Assembly (NCBI GenBank): GCA_030668875.1
Contig: DAOVER010000019.1
Span: 1-32,000 of the forward strand
Origin: Candidatus Heimdallarchaeota archaeon
Lineage (GTDB): Archaea; Asgardarchaeota; Heimdallarchaeia; Heimdallarchaeales; Heimdallarchaeaceae
Length of the DNA stretch: 32,000 nucleotides
Direction of reading: 5' to 3'
Under the pieces are notes generated by a model. The model had not been told where the DNA came from. It worked only from the letters and a program-made list of their open reading frames with translations, and searched no databases. This document shows, piece by piece, positions 1-8,199 of the stretch. The position numbers were made by a program, and so were the translations under genes. Position 1 is the first letter of the stretch. Each line of letters starts with the position of its first letter.

Positions 1-134
1 CGCCAACATTCCTGCCATTGCGCATCGTGCTGTATGGTTCAAACTTTATTAACTGAGGGACAAGTGTTCAAACACTTGCGAACCATAAATATGGCGAGTT
101 TTCGCCAAGCACTACCCATATATCAGCACTTTCC

Positions 135-142
135 TATATAAA
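135..142 (+). promoter_or_regulatory. TATA-box-like element TATATAAA (reads TTTATATA on the minus strand)
   Basis: Matches the archaeal TATA consensus. On + it would place a start near 165, giving a leader of about 155 nt before the ORF at 321. Confidence 0.45.
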
Positions 143-182
143 CTCGTAGAAAAATGGAAGAAAATTAGAGAGGTATTAACCA

Positions 183-276
183 TCACCACCTCAACATGCA
201 ATGAGGGACAGCTCAGAGACTTCTGGCAAGATTGAATAAGATTTTAATCATCTGTTGCTAACGGTAGGTGAGATAC
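183..276 (+). ncRNA. Candidate structured 5' leader with a kink-turn
   Basis: Helices 183-190/263-271, 205-207/212-214 flanked by tandem GA/GA plus a 3-nt bulge, 225-229/255-259 and 230-236/243-249. Folded by hand only. Confidence 0.35.
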
Positions 277-320
277 TTAGTCGATTCATCGAGAGCTAAA
301 ACTCGTAAAACTAGCGGAAA

Positions 321-1304
321 GTGGACATATTGAAGATCCTTATTACATCTAAGAATGGAGAATTGCTCTATCAGTACGATAGCTTTAGTGAAATCAAAAT
401 TCACGACAATGCTTTAATTACTGGTCTAATCAGCGCAATTGTTGCACTTTCTTCTGAAGTAGTATGTTCTTTCCCACGTGAAATAGAATTTGAGGGTAAA
501 ATTCTCTATTTTTATATAGAAAATGAGTTGATTGTTGCTCTTCTTGTTGATATTGACGCCCCATTTAATGGAGATATTCTTCCAATACTTCTAGCAGAAT
601 TCAAGAAAGTCCAACAGAAGTACAATTTCAGTATTTATCGGGCAATCAAATATGAAGAGGAAGTTTCAACAAGGATAAAAACTGCTCTTGCCAAATATTT
701 GTCCAATATGCAAAAAAATATGCTCACTATCTTTAGGAAAACTGATCTAACTGATTACAAGTCCATGGTGAAGTTGAAAAATGTCGCGCGTGATGTAATG
801 TTTGATGGTTCAAGAGAATTTCTGTCATTTGAAATAATATCTCGTGTTATTCCTGAAGGTTTAGGTAAAGTGCTATATGGTCTAATCGTTGGTCTCCCTG
901 TTATAGTTGTAGGAAATAGAAATCTCGTTGAACCAATGATACATACTTTTCGTCTTCTTTCCCCAACAAGAATACTAAATGTCAAACCATGGTCTTTCAA
1001 ATATGAAATTGGATATGATATTATTGGGACAAATGATTACGCTGAACTTATACCTTCTAGTAATCTGATAATTGTCAATATTGACGAAGGAATTGTTTTT
1101 GGAGGAAACTCATCTGCATATTTTGAAGAATTGGTTAAGCAAGTCTCAAGTCTGAATGCTGTGGAAGCTTTCACCTTTTTAAGAACTGAGTTGGATTGGG
1201 TTTTCCAGTCTCTGGAATCATTATCCATACGAAGTCATTCCAAAGATGTTCTCCCTCTAGAAAAACAAATGATACTTTTTGAATTACTTAAACGTCTTCA
1301 CTAA
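321..1304 (+). CDS. Longin + DENN-like (folliculin-like) domain protein
   Basis: The N-terminal ~125 aa have an Asgard longin pattern (LITSKNGELLY...ALITGLISAIVALSSEV). The C-terminal part (VLYGLIVGLPVIVVG...LLSP...VKPWSFKYEIGYDIIG...IIVNIDEGIV) follows the cDENN pattern and resembles folliculin's C-terminal domain as I recall it. GTG start. Confidence 0.65.
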   Translation: MDILKILITSKNGELLYQYDSFSEIKIHDNALITGLISAIVALSSEVVCSFPREIEFEGKILYFYIENELIVALLVDIDAPFNGDILPILLAEFKKVQQKYNFSIYRAIKYEEEVSTRIKTALAKYLSNMQKNMLTIFRKTDLTDYKSMVKLKNVARDVMFDGSREFLSFEIISRVIPEGLGKVLYGLIVGLPVIVVGNRNLVEPMIHTFRLLSPTRILNVKPWSFKYEIGYDIIGTNDYAELIPSSNLIIVNIDEGIVFGGNSSAYFEELVKQVSSLNAVEAFTFLRTELDWVFQSLESLSIRSHSKDVLPLEKQMILFELLKRLH

Positions 1305-1348
1305 ACATTAGATTTACATATAGTGAAGATTTATAATGTTCTAAACAA

Positions 1349-1687
1349 ATGAGCATTTGTTCCATGAGTTCGTCTGAGCAAAAAAATGAAAAGTCTAGAC
1401 TAGATTGGATAAGATTCAAGAAGCAATCTTTAGTAGGCAAAATAATTTTTGTGAGTACTGTTTGCTTTTTTGGTGTCTTGTTGCTTTTCAACTTCTTTAC
1501 CTTGCTTTACGGTAAATGGGATGATTTAGGGATTTATTCAGTCTGGATTGTCTTTGGATGGTTATTCCTTTCAGTATTGATTTACATCAGTTTTAGGATT
1601 ATTTCAATAGTCATGTCAAAGGGTAGCAAAGAGATTAAAGAACTGGAAAGTTTACCTCCGGAAGAAAAAGATATAGGACAAAAGTGA
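1349..1687 (+). CDS. Small membrane protein, two predicted TM helices
   Basis: Two hydrophobic stretches with charged termini. The stop overlaps the next GTG (GTGA). The start could be 1364. Confidence 0.65.
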   Translation: MSICSMSSSEQKNEKSRLDWIRFKKQSLVGKIIFVSTVCFFGVLLLFNFFTLLYGKWDDLGIYSVWIVFGWLFLSVLIYISFRIISIVMSKGSKEIKELESLPPEEKDIGQK

Positions 1688-2001
1688 TTAATTTGACAAT
1701 GCTGAATGTACCCACTCATCATAGTAAATTCTATTTGATTGTAATTGGATCAATTTATGCATTACTAGTAACTGCAATTATAGTTCTAGCCGCTCTAGCA
1801 AATGACTGGGTTTTCTGGATTTTTGCTTCTTTAACAAACATAGTCATTATAATGATCGGTGTTGTGCGATTCATCAATTTATTGAAACCTAAAATGGTTA
1901 GTTCTCCCTTGGGAAAAACTTTATCATACAGTTCACCACAACTAGAAAAAGAGAATACAGTAGAGAAAACTGAGAGTAATGATGATGGAAAAAACAAATG
2001 A
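1684..2001 (+). CDS. Small membrane protein, two predicted TM helices
   Basis: Two hydrophobic stretches and a charged C-terminal tail. Overlaps both neighbours. Confidence 0.65.
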   Translation: MINLTMLNVPTHHSKFYLIVIGSIYALLVTAIIVLAALANDWVFWIFASLTNIVIIMIGVVRFINLLKPKMVSSPLGKTLSYSSPQLEKENTVEKTESNDDGKNK

Positions 2002-2239
2002 AGCAAGTGTTTTAATGGTATCAACTATCTCGAGTTTTGTAATGTTGGTGGGAGCATTTGGGTTAGTATTTCTACTCGCATTTATTGAATCAATTACGAT
2101 GGATTGGCATCATGCAATTTGGGGTGTTATTTTTATTTCGCTAACATTTGGATTCAGTTTGAGTTATATTTTATGTCAAAAAATTCTTGGACGCATAGAA
2201 AAGAAAAAATCTGAGGAGTTAGAACAAAACAGCTCTTAA
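1979..2239 (+). CDS. Small membrane protein, two predicted TM helices
   Basis: Two hydrophobic stretches and a KKKSEE tail. The start may be 1979, 1982 or 1985. Confidence 0.65.
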   Translation: MMMEKTNEASVLMVSTISSFVMLVGAFGLVFLLAFIESITMDWHHAIWGVIFISLTFGFSLSYILCQKILGRIEKKKSEELEQNSS

Positions 2240-2307
2240 ACCCTCTTCTGTAACGTATTCGAGCAGTCTTACCCATCTTTAAATACTAAACAGAGTATAT
2301 TTTTGTA

Positions 2308-2556
2308 ATGGATACTTCCGACAATATACGGGAAAGTAGAATATTTGAGAAATCTATCCCCTTGATACGTAGATGTATGAAAGAAAAAGTCAGTATTTCC
2401 CTGCTTTTGTCAACACTAAAACTAATGGATATGGGACTGATTAAGGAAGTCGAAGATTTGAACAGTTTTATGGAGAAAAGAATCGAGATAAACCCTAATC
2501 GTTTACATGATGTAGAAAGGATCAAGGGTATGATTCTTAACAACTATTTTGAATGA
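2308..2556 (+). CDS. Hypothetical protein, 82 aa, helical
   Basis: ATG ORF with protein-like composition that fills the gap and converges on the next gene with a 13-nt overlap. Confidence 0.55.
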   Translation: MDTSDNIRESRIFEKSIPLIRRCMKEKVSISLLLSTLKLMDMGLIKEVEDLNSFMEKRIEINPNRLHDVERIKGMILNNYFE

Positions 2557-3923
2557 ACCTTCATTCTCTCATAGAGAACTTTTGCTGCAAAAGCTGCTTC
2601 TCTTGGCGAAAGAAATATAGGCGCTTTCTCTTTCTCAGCATAATCCTTTATCTCTTCAAGTATTGATCCGCTCATGAATACTGGGAAGATGGGTTTTTTT
2701 CTATCAGTCTCATTCCAAGCTCTAATGACTCCTTTGTAATGTTCATCTGGTTTCATCTCCAAAAACGTAGGAATAACACAACATGGAACAACAATGTCGA
2801 TATTAGGATCCTCTAACATTGCTTTGGTCACTTGATAATACCCTTCTCCATTTGCTCCAGCTATCATGTCGAGTGGGTTAACTTTCTTTACTAATGAAAT
2901 CACGTGGGGGTCAATTTTTTGTATAAACTCCTCAGAGAATTCAGTAAGTTCTAATCCCATTTCTTCAGAGTGATCACTGAACAGAACAGCTGACCCTCCC
3001 GAATTAGTTAGCACACCAATTTTTCCTCCTTGAGGTTCAGGTAGGAAAGAGAATGCCTTTATTGCTGTAATATAATCACCAAAGCTTTCACACAAAGTAG
3101 CACCAGCTTGTTTAACAGCGGTTTTAAGAGAGTTATAATCGGTTGCGATTGCTCCTGTATGACTGCTAGCGCTTTTCATCCCTGCAGCTGTTCTACCTCC
3201 TTTAAGAACTACTGTTGGTTTTTTAGCAGCTACTTCAACAAGTTTATTGTAAAATGCTCTCCCATCGATGACATTTTCTAGATAAACAGAAATTACCTTA
3301 GTATCTTCATCATCAATGAAATACTCGAGTAAATCTGTAAGATTTACATCTATCATGTTTCCTAGATTGGCAAATTTAGAGAAACCCAACCCTTGCCACC
3401 ACAGTTCGTAAAGAATTACCGCTCCCACTGAACCTGATTGCGTTAATATGCTTATGTTACCCTCACTAGGTGCTTGAACGAAGGAAGCATTCATTCCGTA
3501 GTCAACATTTTGAATGCCAACGCAATTGGGACCAATTAACCTCATACCTGCATCCAAACTTTTACATTTAATCTCTTGTTCAATTCTCTTTCCTTCTTCG
3601 TTTAACTCCCCAAAGCCAGCTGTTACAATAATAGCACGTTTAATTTCCTTCTCAATGCATTGATCAATAACAATCGGAACAGCTTTGGAAGGTACTAAGA
3701 TAATGGCGAGATCGATTTCTTTCTCAACCTCCAAGACAGATTTGTAGCATTTTAAGCCAAAAATCTCTGTAGCCTTAGGGTTGATTGGATAAATTTCTGC
3801 TTTTAATTTCTCATTTTCCAACAGATTTGCAGTTACTGCATTACCAAATTTCTTAGGGTCGCTAGTAGCTCCAACAATTGCTATGGATTTAGGATAAAAG
3901 AATTGATGAACCATATCACTCAA
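2544..3923 (-). CDS. acdA: Acetate/acyl-CoA ligase (ADP-forming), alpha subunit
   Basis: PKSIAIVGAT CoA-binding start, GFGE, LIGPNCVG, SQSG-like TQSG, LGNMIDV, phospho-His motif SHTGA, NPLD. The start may be the ATG at 3914. Confidence 0.9.
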   Translation of the reverse strand: MSDMVHQFFYPKSIAIVGATSDPKKFGNAVTANLLENEKLKAEIYPINPKATEIFGLKCYKSVLEVEKEIDLAIILVPSKAVPIVIDQCIEKEIKRAIIVTAGFGELNEEGKRIEQEIKCKSLDAGMRLIGPNCVGIQNVDYGMNASFVQAPSEGNISILTQSGSVGAVILYELWWQGLGFSKFANLGNMIDVNLTDLLEYFIDDEDTKVISVYLENVIDGRAFYNKLVEVAAKKPTVVLKGGRTAAGMKSASSHTGAIATDYNSLKTAVKQAGATLCESFGDYITAIKAFSFLPEPQGGKIGVLTNSGGSAVLFSDHSEEMGLELTEFSEEFIQKIDPHVISLVKKVNPLDMIAGANGEGYYQVTKAMLEDPNIDIVVPCCVIPTFLEMKPDEHYKGVIRAWNETDRKKPIFPVFMSGSILEEIKDYAEKEKAPIFLSPREAAFAAKVLYERMKVHSK

Positions 3924-3979
3924 TTAGAAGATATTACTTAACTTTTATGTTTTTCTCTTCCATCTGAAATAGAAGATAC

Positions 3980-4936
3980 TCATTTGAATCCTTTTTGTAT
4001 AATGTATTCAGATAAGTCAATGTTCAATACTTGAACTACCACACTTTCTAAAATACTAAACTCTTCCATGGGTTTTACAAACTCGTTTAGCACATCAATC
4101 TTTCTTCTAGCTTCTTGCTGGCTCTCATTTTTGGCAATAATCATAGAGTAGATGTACTGACTATCAGTTTTTATTATGTATTGATAATCTCCAGAAACCA
4201 TGTATTGTAACATTCCCGTTTTTCCAAATATCCTTTTACTAAAACTTTCAATAGCTGCTAGAAATCCTGCTAACAACGATGGGTCTTCCTCAAGTCCAAT
4301 TTTGTCAATCTCAAGTAAAGGAAACCCATCAATATCTGCAATCATAAACATAAGTGGATCGATTTTTCTTTTTGTAGCAAGTTTTGCAGTGTTATTCTTT
4401 AACCAATTCAAAGCGTTGTCGACGTTTTCACCAGTTTTCATACTGGTTTTGAAGAATTGAAAGGAAGCATTTTCTTTCTCTGCTAAATTGAAAAGATTCA
4501 GGTGATTGATAACAGATTCTAGGTCTTGACTTTCTTTTAAATCTGCTTTATTACATAAAAATAAGATTAAGAATTCATCACGATCGTCTTTAAGATTTAT
4601 AATTCGCCAAAATTCCTCTTTAGCTTCGTCAAAACTATCTGGATCAGCTGAATCTATCATGAATACTAGACCATAAGCTAACTTTACGTATGATTCCCAA
4701 ATTGTTTTACGATAAGATATGTGCCCTCCAAGATCGAAAATATCAACTCTTGCATCTCCTATTTCTGTTGTCTCGAATTGCAAACCCATTGTAGGTCTTG
4801 TTTCTTCGAATTCTCCAGTCATTATTCGCTTCAAGAAAGAAGATTTTCCTGCTTGTGATAACCCTATTATAACTAACGGGATGCCCTTTTCATCGAATTT
4901 CATCTCAGTAGTCATTTTTTTCATCTTATCTAACAA
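3980..4936 (-). CDS. Arf/Sar1-like small GTPase fused to a C-terminal longin/roadblock-like domain
   Basis: G1 GLSQAGKSS, G2 PTMG, G3 DLGGH, G4 NKAD, G5 TSMK. The C-terminal ~125 aa carry DPSLLAGFLAAIESFSKRIF, typical of Asgard longin-like domains. Confidence 0.9.
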   Translation of the reverse strand: MLDKMKKMTTEMKFDEKGIPLVIIGLSQAGKSSFLKRIMTGEFEETRPTMGLQFETTEIGDARVDIFDLGGHISYRKTIWESYVKLAYGLVFMIDSADPDSFDEAKEEFWRIINLKDDRDEFLILFLCNKADLKESQDLESVINHLNLFNLAEKENASFQFFKTSMKTGENVDNALNWLKNNTAKLATKRKIDPLMFMIADIDGFPLLEIDKIGLEEDPSLLAGFLAAIESFSKRIFGKTGMLQYMVSGDYQYIIKTDSQYIYSMIIAKNESQQEARRKIDVLNEFVKPMEEFSILESVVVQVLNIDLSEYIIQKGFK

Positions 4937-5335
4937 CTTCCCTTTCAGACAAGCTTTTATTTCTATTGATAGTGCTCGTCAGTACAAAATAAACTTTTCT
5001 TAATTTGCAATTGACTTATTCTTCAGTATGAACCGAAAATTCAGTGAGGAAAAACTAAAACAAAGGCTTTATTAATATTTTACATGTTTTGTTATATATC
5101 TAATTAATAGAAAGAAACTAAAGAAAGCTATCTTGTATAAAATGAATGGTGTTAAGTTAAATAATAATGTGAAGTGTGTTCAGAAAAAATACACCCACAT
5201 CTAGAAATTTATTGAATTATTGTATCTTTTATCTCTATTAATTGTATTCATTTTTGTCGGTATTTACACAGCGCAAGTTTTGAGGAAAGAAATATATACA
5301 ACATTTCACAATGGTATGATATACTCACTGAAAAG

Positions 5336-8095
5336 GTGTGTAAGAATATGAATAGACGGAATTTAATGAAAACAACATTCATTATTCTACTTTTGACACT
5401 TTCTATGATTGGGGGTTCTAATCAAGCTGCTCAAGCTCTAAATTACACTCAAGACCCCTCAAATGAAGAAGTGCAGCAAGTAGCAACTGAACCGGCACAA
5501 GATCAAATAGGATTGCAAGATACAGAAGATACAATTGAAATCTGGATTGTACAAGATTTTGTGATAACGGTATATGATTTGGCATTGATGGAATGTCATG
5601 TGCTAAATCTTTATGGAATTGAAATTGAAGCGGATATAGAAGTATGGATTCAATATGACAATGGTAGTGTTTTCCTCATCTATCAAGAATCAAGAATACT
5701 GTTTCCTTACTTGGAATATATCTTTAATGTAACACATGCTTTCACATCAGTAGGTTTCCATTTAGTTAATCTCAAAGTAATGGATATAACAAATAACCAG
5801 GAAGTTACAACAGAGTGCCAATGGGAAGTTATTGATGGTTATGTAGAACTAGCTGTTATTCAAGACTACGAAGCTCAAGTCGGAATAGAGGTTAAGATGG
5901 AATTTTATATCTATAATGGATATGCAATAGCAAGGGAATATTTCATTGAAGTATTTCTTGATGATGGTTCGGGTCCAGTACTGATACATAATGAAACAAC
6001 GATTATCGCAGCATATGATGTACTAATGGTAGTAATTTACTGGACCTTTCTTGTCGCAGGACATCATGATGTAATTCTAAGAGTTACTGATGTACCTGAA
6101 ACATATGAATGGTTTGCTTATTGCTATTGGGAAGTTTATGATGGGTTCATAGACATATTAATTGAGCAAAACTATGAAGCTTGGATTGGCGTTGAGGAAA
6201 GGATACAGTTCTGGGTTTACAACTACTATGCTATCGATATTACTGCTGATATTTCTGTTTGGATTGACAACGGAACACATACTTATCAGATATATTCTAG
6301 AAAGGATGTAGTAATAAATACTGGCACATACTTCATGGATGAAGTCTTCTATATATTCATCTATGAAGGATTCTGGGATCTCTATGTAGAAGTTTATGTG
6401 ATAGATTTTGATGTTACGTGGATAGAATTTTGTCCAGAAGGATGGTATGTTTATGGCGGTTTCATAAATGTTTGGATCTACCAACAGTACGAAATTTTCG
6501 TTCTTGAAGAAGCTATGATGTATTGTTGGGTCATGAGCAATTATGCTGTTGATCGCGATATAGCTATTGAATTGTGGATAGTTAATGCAACGCATGACAT
6601 CTTGATATATGGAGAAACTACAGTTATTGCTTCAGGAGAAGTGTATAACTTCACGGTATTTTGGACGTTCCTCTATGTGGATTATTGGGATGTAAAACTA
6701 GTTGTTATTGATCTATTCTCAGGTGAGATATATGTTGACTACTGTTATTGGTATGTTTATGGAGGATACTTTGATCTTTATATTTACCAAGAATACTATG
6801 GATTGCTATATGAAGAACTCTGGATGTCATTTGAGATATATAATTTCTACGCAGTAGAGAAAACTGTAGAAATTGAAATACTCATTTTCGATGGAGTAAA
6901 TTATGTTCAAGTGTATTATGCTGTGGATAATATCTTATCACTTACAGGTTACTTCTTGGAACTTTGGTACATATTTGAAGCCGCTGGATACTATGACGTG
7001 ATACTAATTGTAACTGAAGTGGATACGGGACTAGTGTGGATAGAATATTGTTGGTGGTACATATATGCTGAATATCTAGATATATGGATTGTCCAAGATA
7101 TGGAAGCTTCAGTTGGTGAAGAGGTCCTTATGGAATTCTGGATAGTAAACTATTTCTCAGTTGAAATGGATTTGACAGTTGAAGTATGGATAAGTAATGG
7201 AACGCATTCTGAATTAGCTTATACTGATATAACGGTGATAATTGCAGCTAATGGAATTTACACATTCACATTGCCTTATACATTCTTATACGCTGGATTT
7301 TACACCATAACCTTAATTGTAATAGATGCAACAGGTGCTCAATGGTTTGAATACTGTCGATGGGATATCTATGATGGATTCATTGATGTCTGGATAATTC
7401 AAGACTATGAAGCTATTGTAGGGCAAGAAGTATGGATGGTATTCTACGCACAGAGTTACTATAGTTATGATGTACCCATCTACGTAGAAGTAAGAATAGA
7501 CATGGGTTACGGAATTGTCATACTTTATTCAAACACCTTGGTTTTGCTAGCTGGTCAATTACTAACGTGGAACCTTAGTTATATATTCTTGGACCCAGGA
7601 ATATTCCAAATCTACTTTGTAGTTGTTGAATTACAAACTGGCATTGTTTGGGTTGCAGAATGTCGCTGGTACATCCATGATGATGGCTGGTTAGATATAT
7701 GGATTGAACAAGGATACTATGGAGAAGTAGGAGTAAACTATACTATGCAATTTGGTGTAGGAAATCTATTCTCAATAGATAAGAATCTGAATCTTGTAGT
7801 AAAAATAGTCCAAGGAAGTGACTCTTGGATAGTGCATAATGAAACGAAATTGGTACTATCGATGACAACTTATGATTTCTATGTCTATTGGGTATTCGTG
7901 AACGAAGGTTGGTACGATGTTTACTTCATAGTTACTGATGTCGTCACTGGAATCGTTAAAATAGTGGATTGCTGGTGGAAGATTGAGGAACCCGTTATAC
8001 CTGAATTCAGTTTCATAACTCTATTGCCAATTCTAGGAGCTCTTTCTGCAGCAATCTATTTAGTATTTAGAAGGAAAAGGAAACTAACTCACTAA
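5336..8095 (+). CDS. Secreted surface protein: 8 tandem ~102-aa beta-rich (Ig-like) repeats and a PEF-CTERM-like sorting signal
   Basis: N-terminal signal peptide (start probably 5348 or 5366). Repeats begin (I/L)D(I/V)WIxQxY and end CxW. The C-terminus is IPEF + TM helix + RRKRK. Confidence 0.85.
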   Translation: MCKNMNRRNLMKTTFIILLLTLSMIGGSNQAAQALNYTQDPSNEEVQQVATEPAQDQIGLQDTEDTIEIWIVQDFVITVYDLALMECHVLNLYGIEIEADIEVWIQYDNGSVFLIYQESRILFPYLEYIFNVTHAFTSVGFHLVNLKVMDITNNQEVTTECQWEVIDGYVELAVIQDYEAQVGIEVKMEFYIYNGYAIAREYFIEVFLDDGSGPVLIHNETTIIAAYDVLMVVIYWTFLVAGHHDVILRVTDVPETYEWFAYCYWEVYDGFIDILIEQNYEAWIGVEERIQFWVYNYYAIDITADISVWIDNGTHTYQIYSRKDVVINTGTYFMDEVFYIFIYEGFWDLYVEVYVIDFDVTWIEFCPEGWYVYGGFINVWIYQQYEIFVLEEAMMYCWVMSNYAVDRDIAIELWIVNATHDILIYGETTVIASGEVYNFTVFWTFLYVDYWDVKLVVIDLFSGEIYVDYCYWYVYGGYFDLYIYQEYYGLLYEELWMSFEIYNFYAVEKTVEIEILIFDGVNYVQVYYAVDNILSLTGYFLELWYIFEAAGYYDVILIVTEVDTGLVWIEYCWWYIYAEYLDIWIVQDMEASVGEEVLMEFWIVNYFSVEMDLTVEVWISNGTHSELAYTDITVIIAANGIYTFTLPYTFLYAGFYTITLIVIDATGAQWFEYCRWDIYDGFIDVWIIQDYEAIVGQEVWMVFYAQSYYSYDVPIYVEVRIDMGYGIVILYSNTLVLLAGQLLTWNLSYIFLDPGIFQIYFVVVELQTGIVWVAECRWYIHDDGWLDIWIEQGYYGEVGVNYTMQFGVGNLFSIDKNLNLVVKIVQGSDSWIVHNETKLVLSMTTYDFYVYWVFVNEGWYDVYFIVTDVVTGIVKIVDCWWKIEEPVIPEFSFITLLPILGALSAAIYLVFRRKRKLTH
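5534..7990 (+). repeat. Eight protein-level tandem repeats of ~102 aa
   Basis: Aligned by eye from the translation. Divergent at DNA level. Confidence 0.85.
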
Positions 8096-8121
8096 TCTTT
8101 TTTCTTTTTTCTTTTTTCTTA
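8096..8121 (+). terminator. T-rich archaeal-type terminator
   Basis: Several oligo-T tracts directly after the stop codon. Confidence 0.55.
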
Positions 8122-8199
8122 TCTATAATTTCTAATGACAATGCAATAAATTTTTAAAATTCATTTTTCGTTTGATTCTATCCTATATGGTGAACTAAA

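Noticed and set aside
1-42. Possible gene start on the minus strand (MAGMLA... from 18 or MRNGRNVG... from 25)
   Set aside because: Too short to assign; it runs off the window.
67-78. 12-bp match TTCAAACACTTG with 16977-16988
   Set aside because: A single short AT-rich match, plausible by chance; the flanks differ.
53-85. Hammerhead-like CTGAGGGA-stem-CGAAC
   Set aside because: The core needs CUGAnGA and GAAA; both are violated and there is no stem III or cleavage triplet.
213-283. Group I intron R/S-like motifs (TCAGAGACT, AGATACTTAGTCG)
   Set aside because: Only 4 bp of P7 can form, P/Q elements are not evident, and there is no interrupted host gene.
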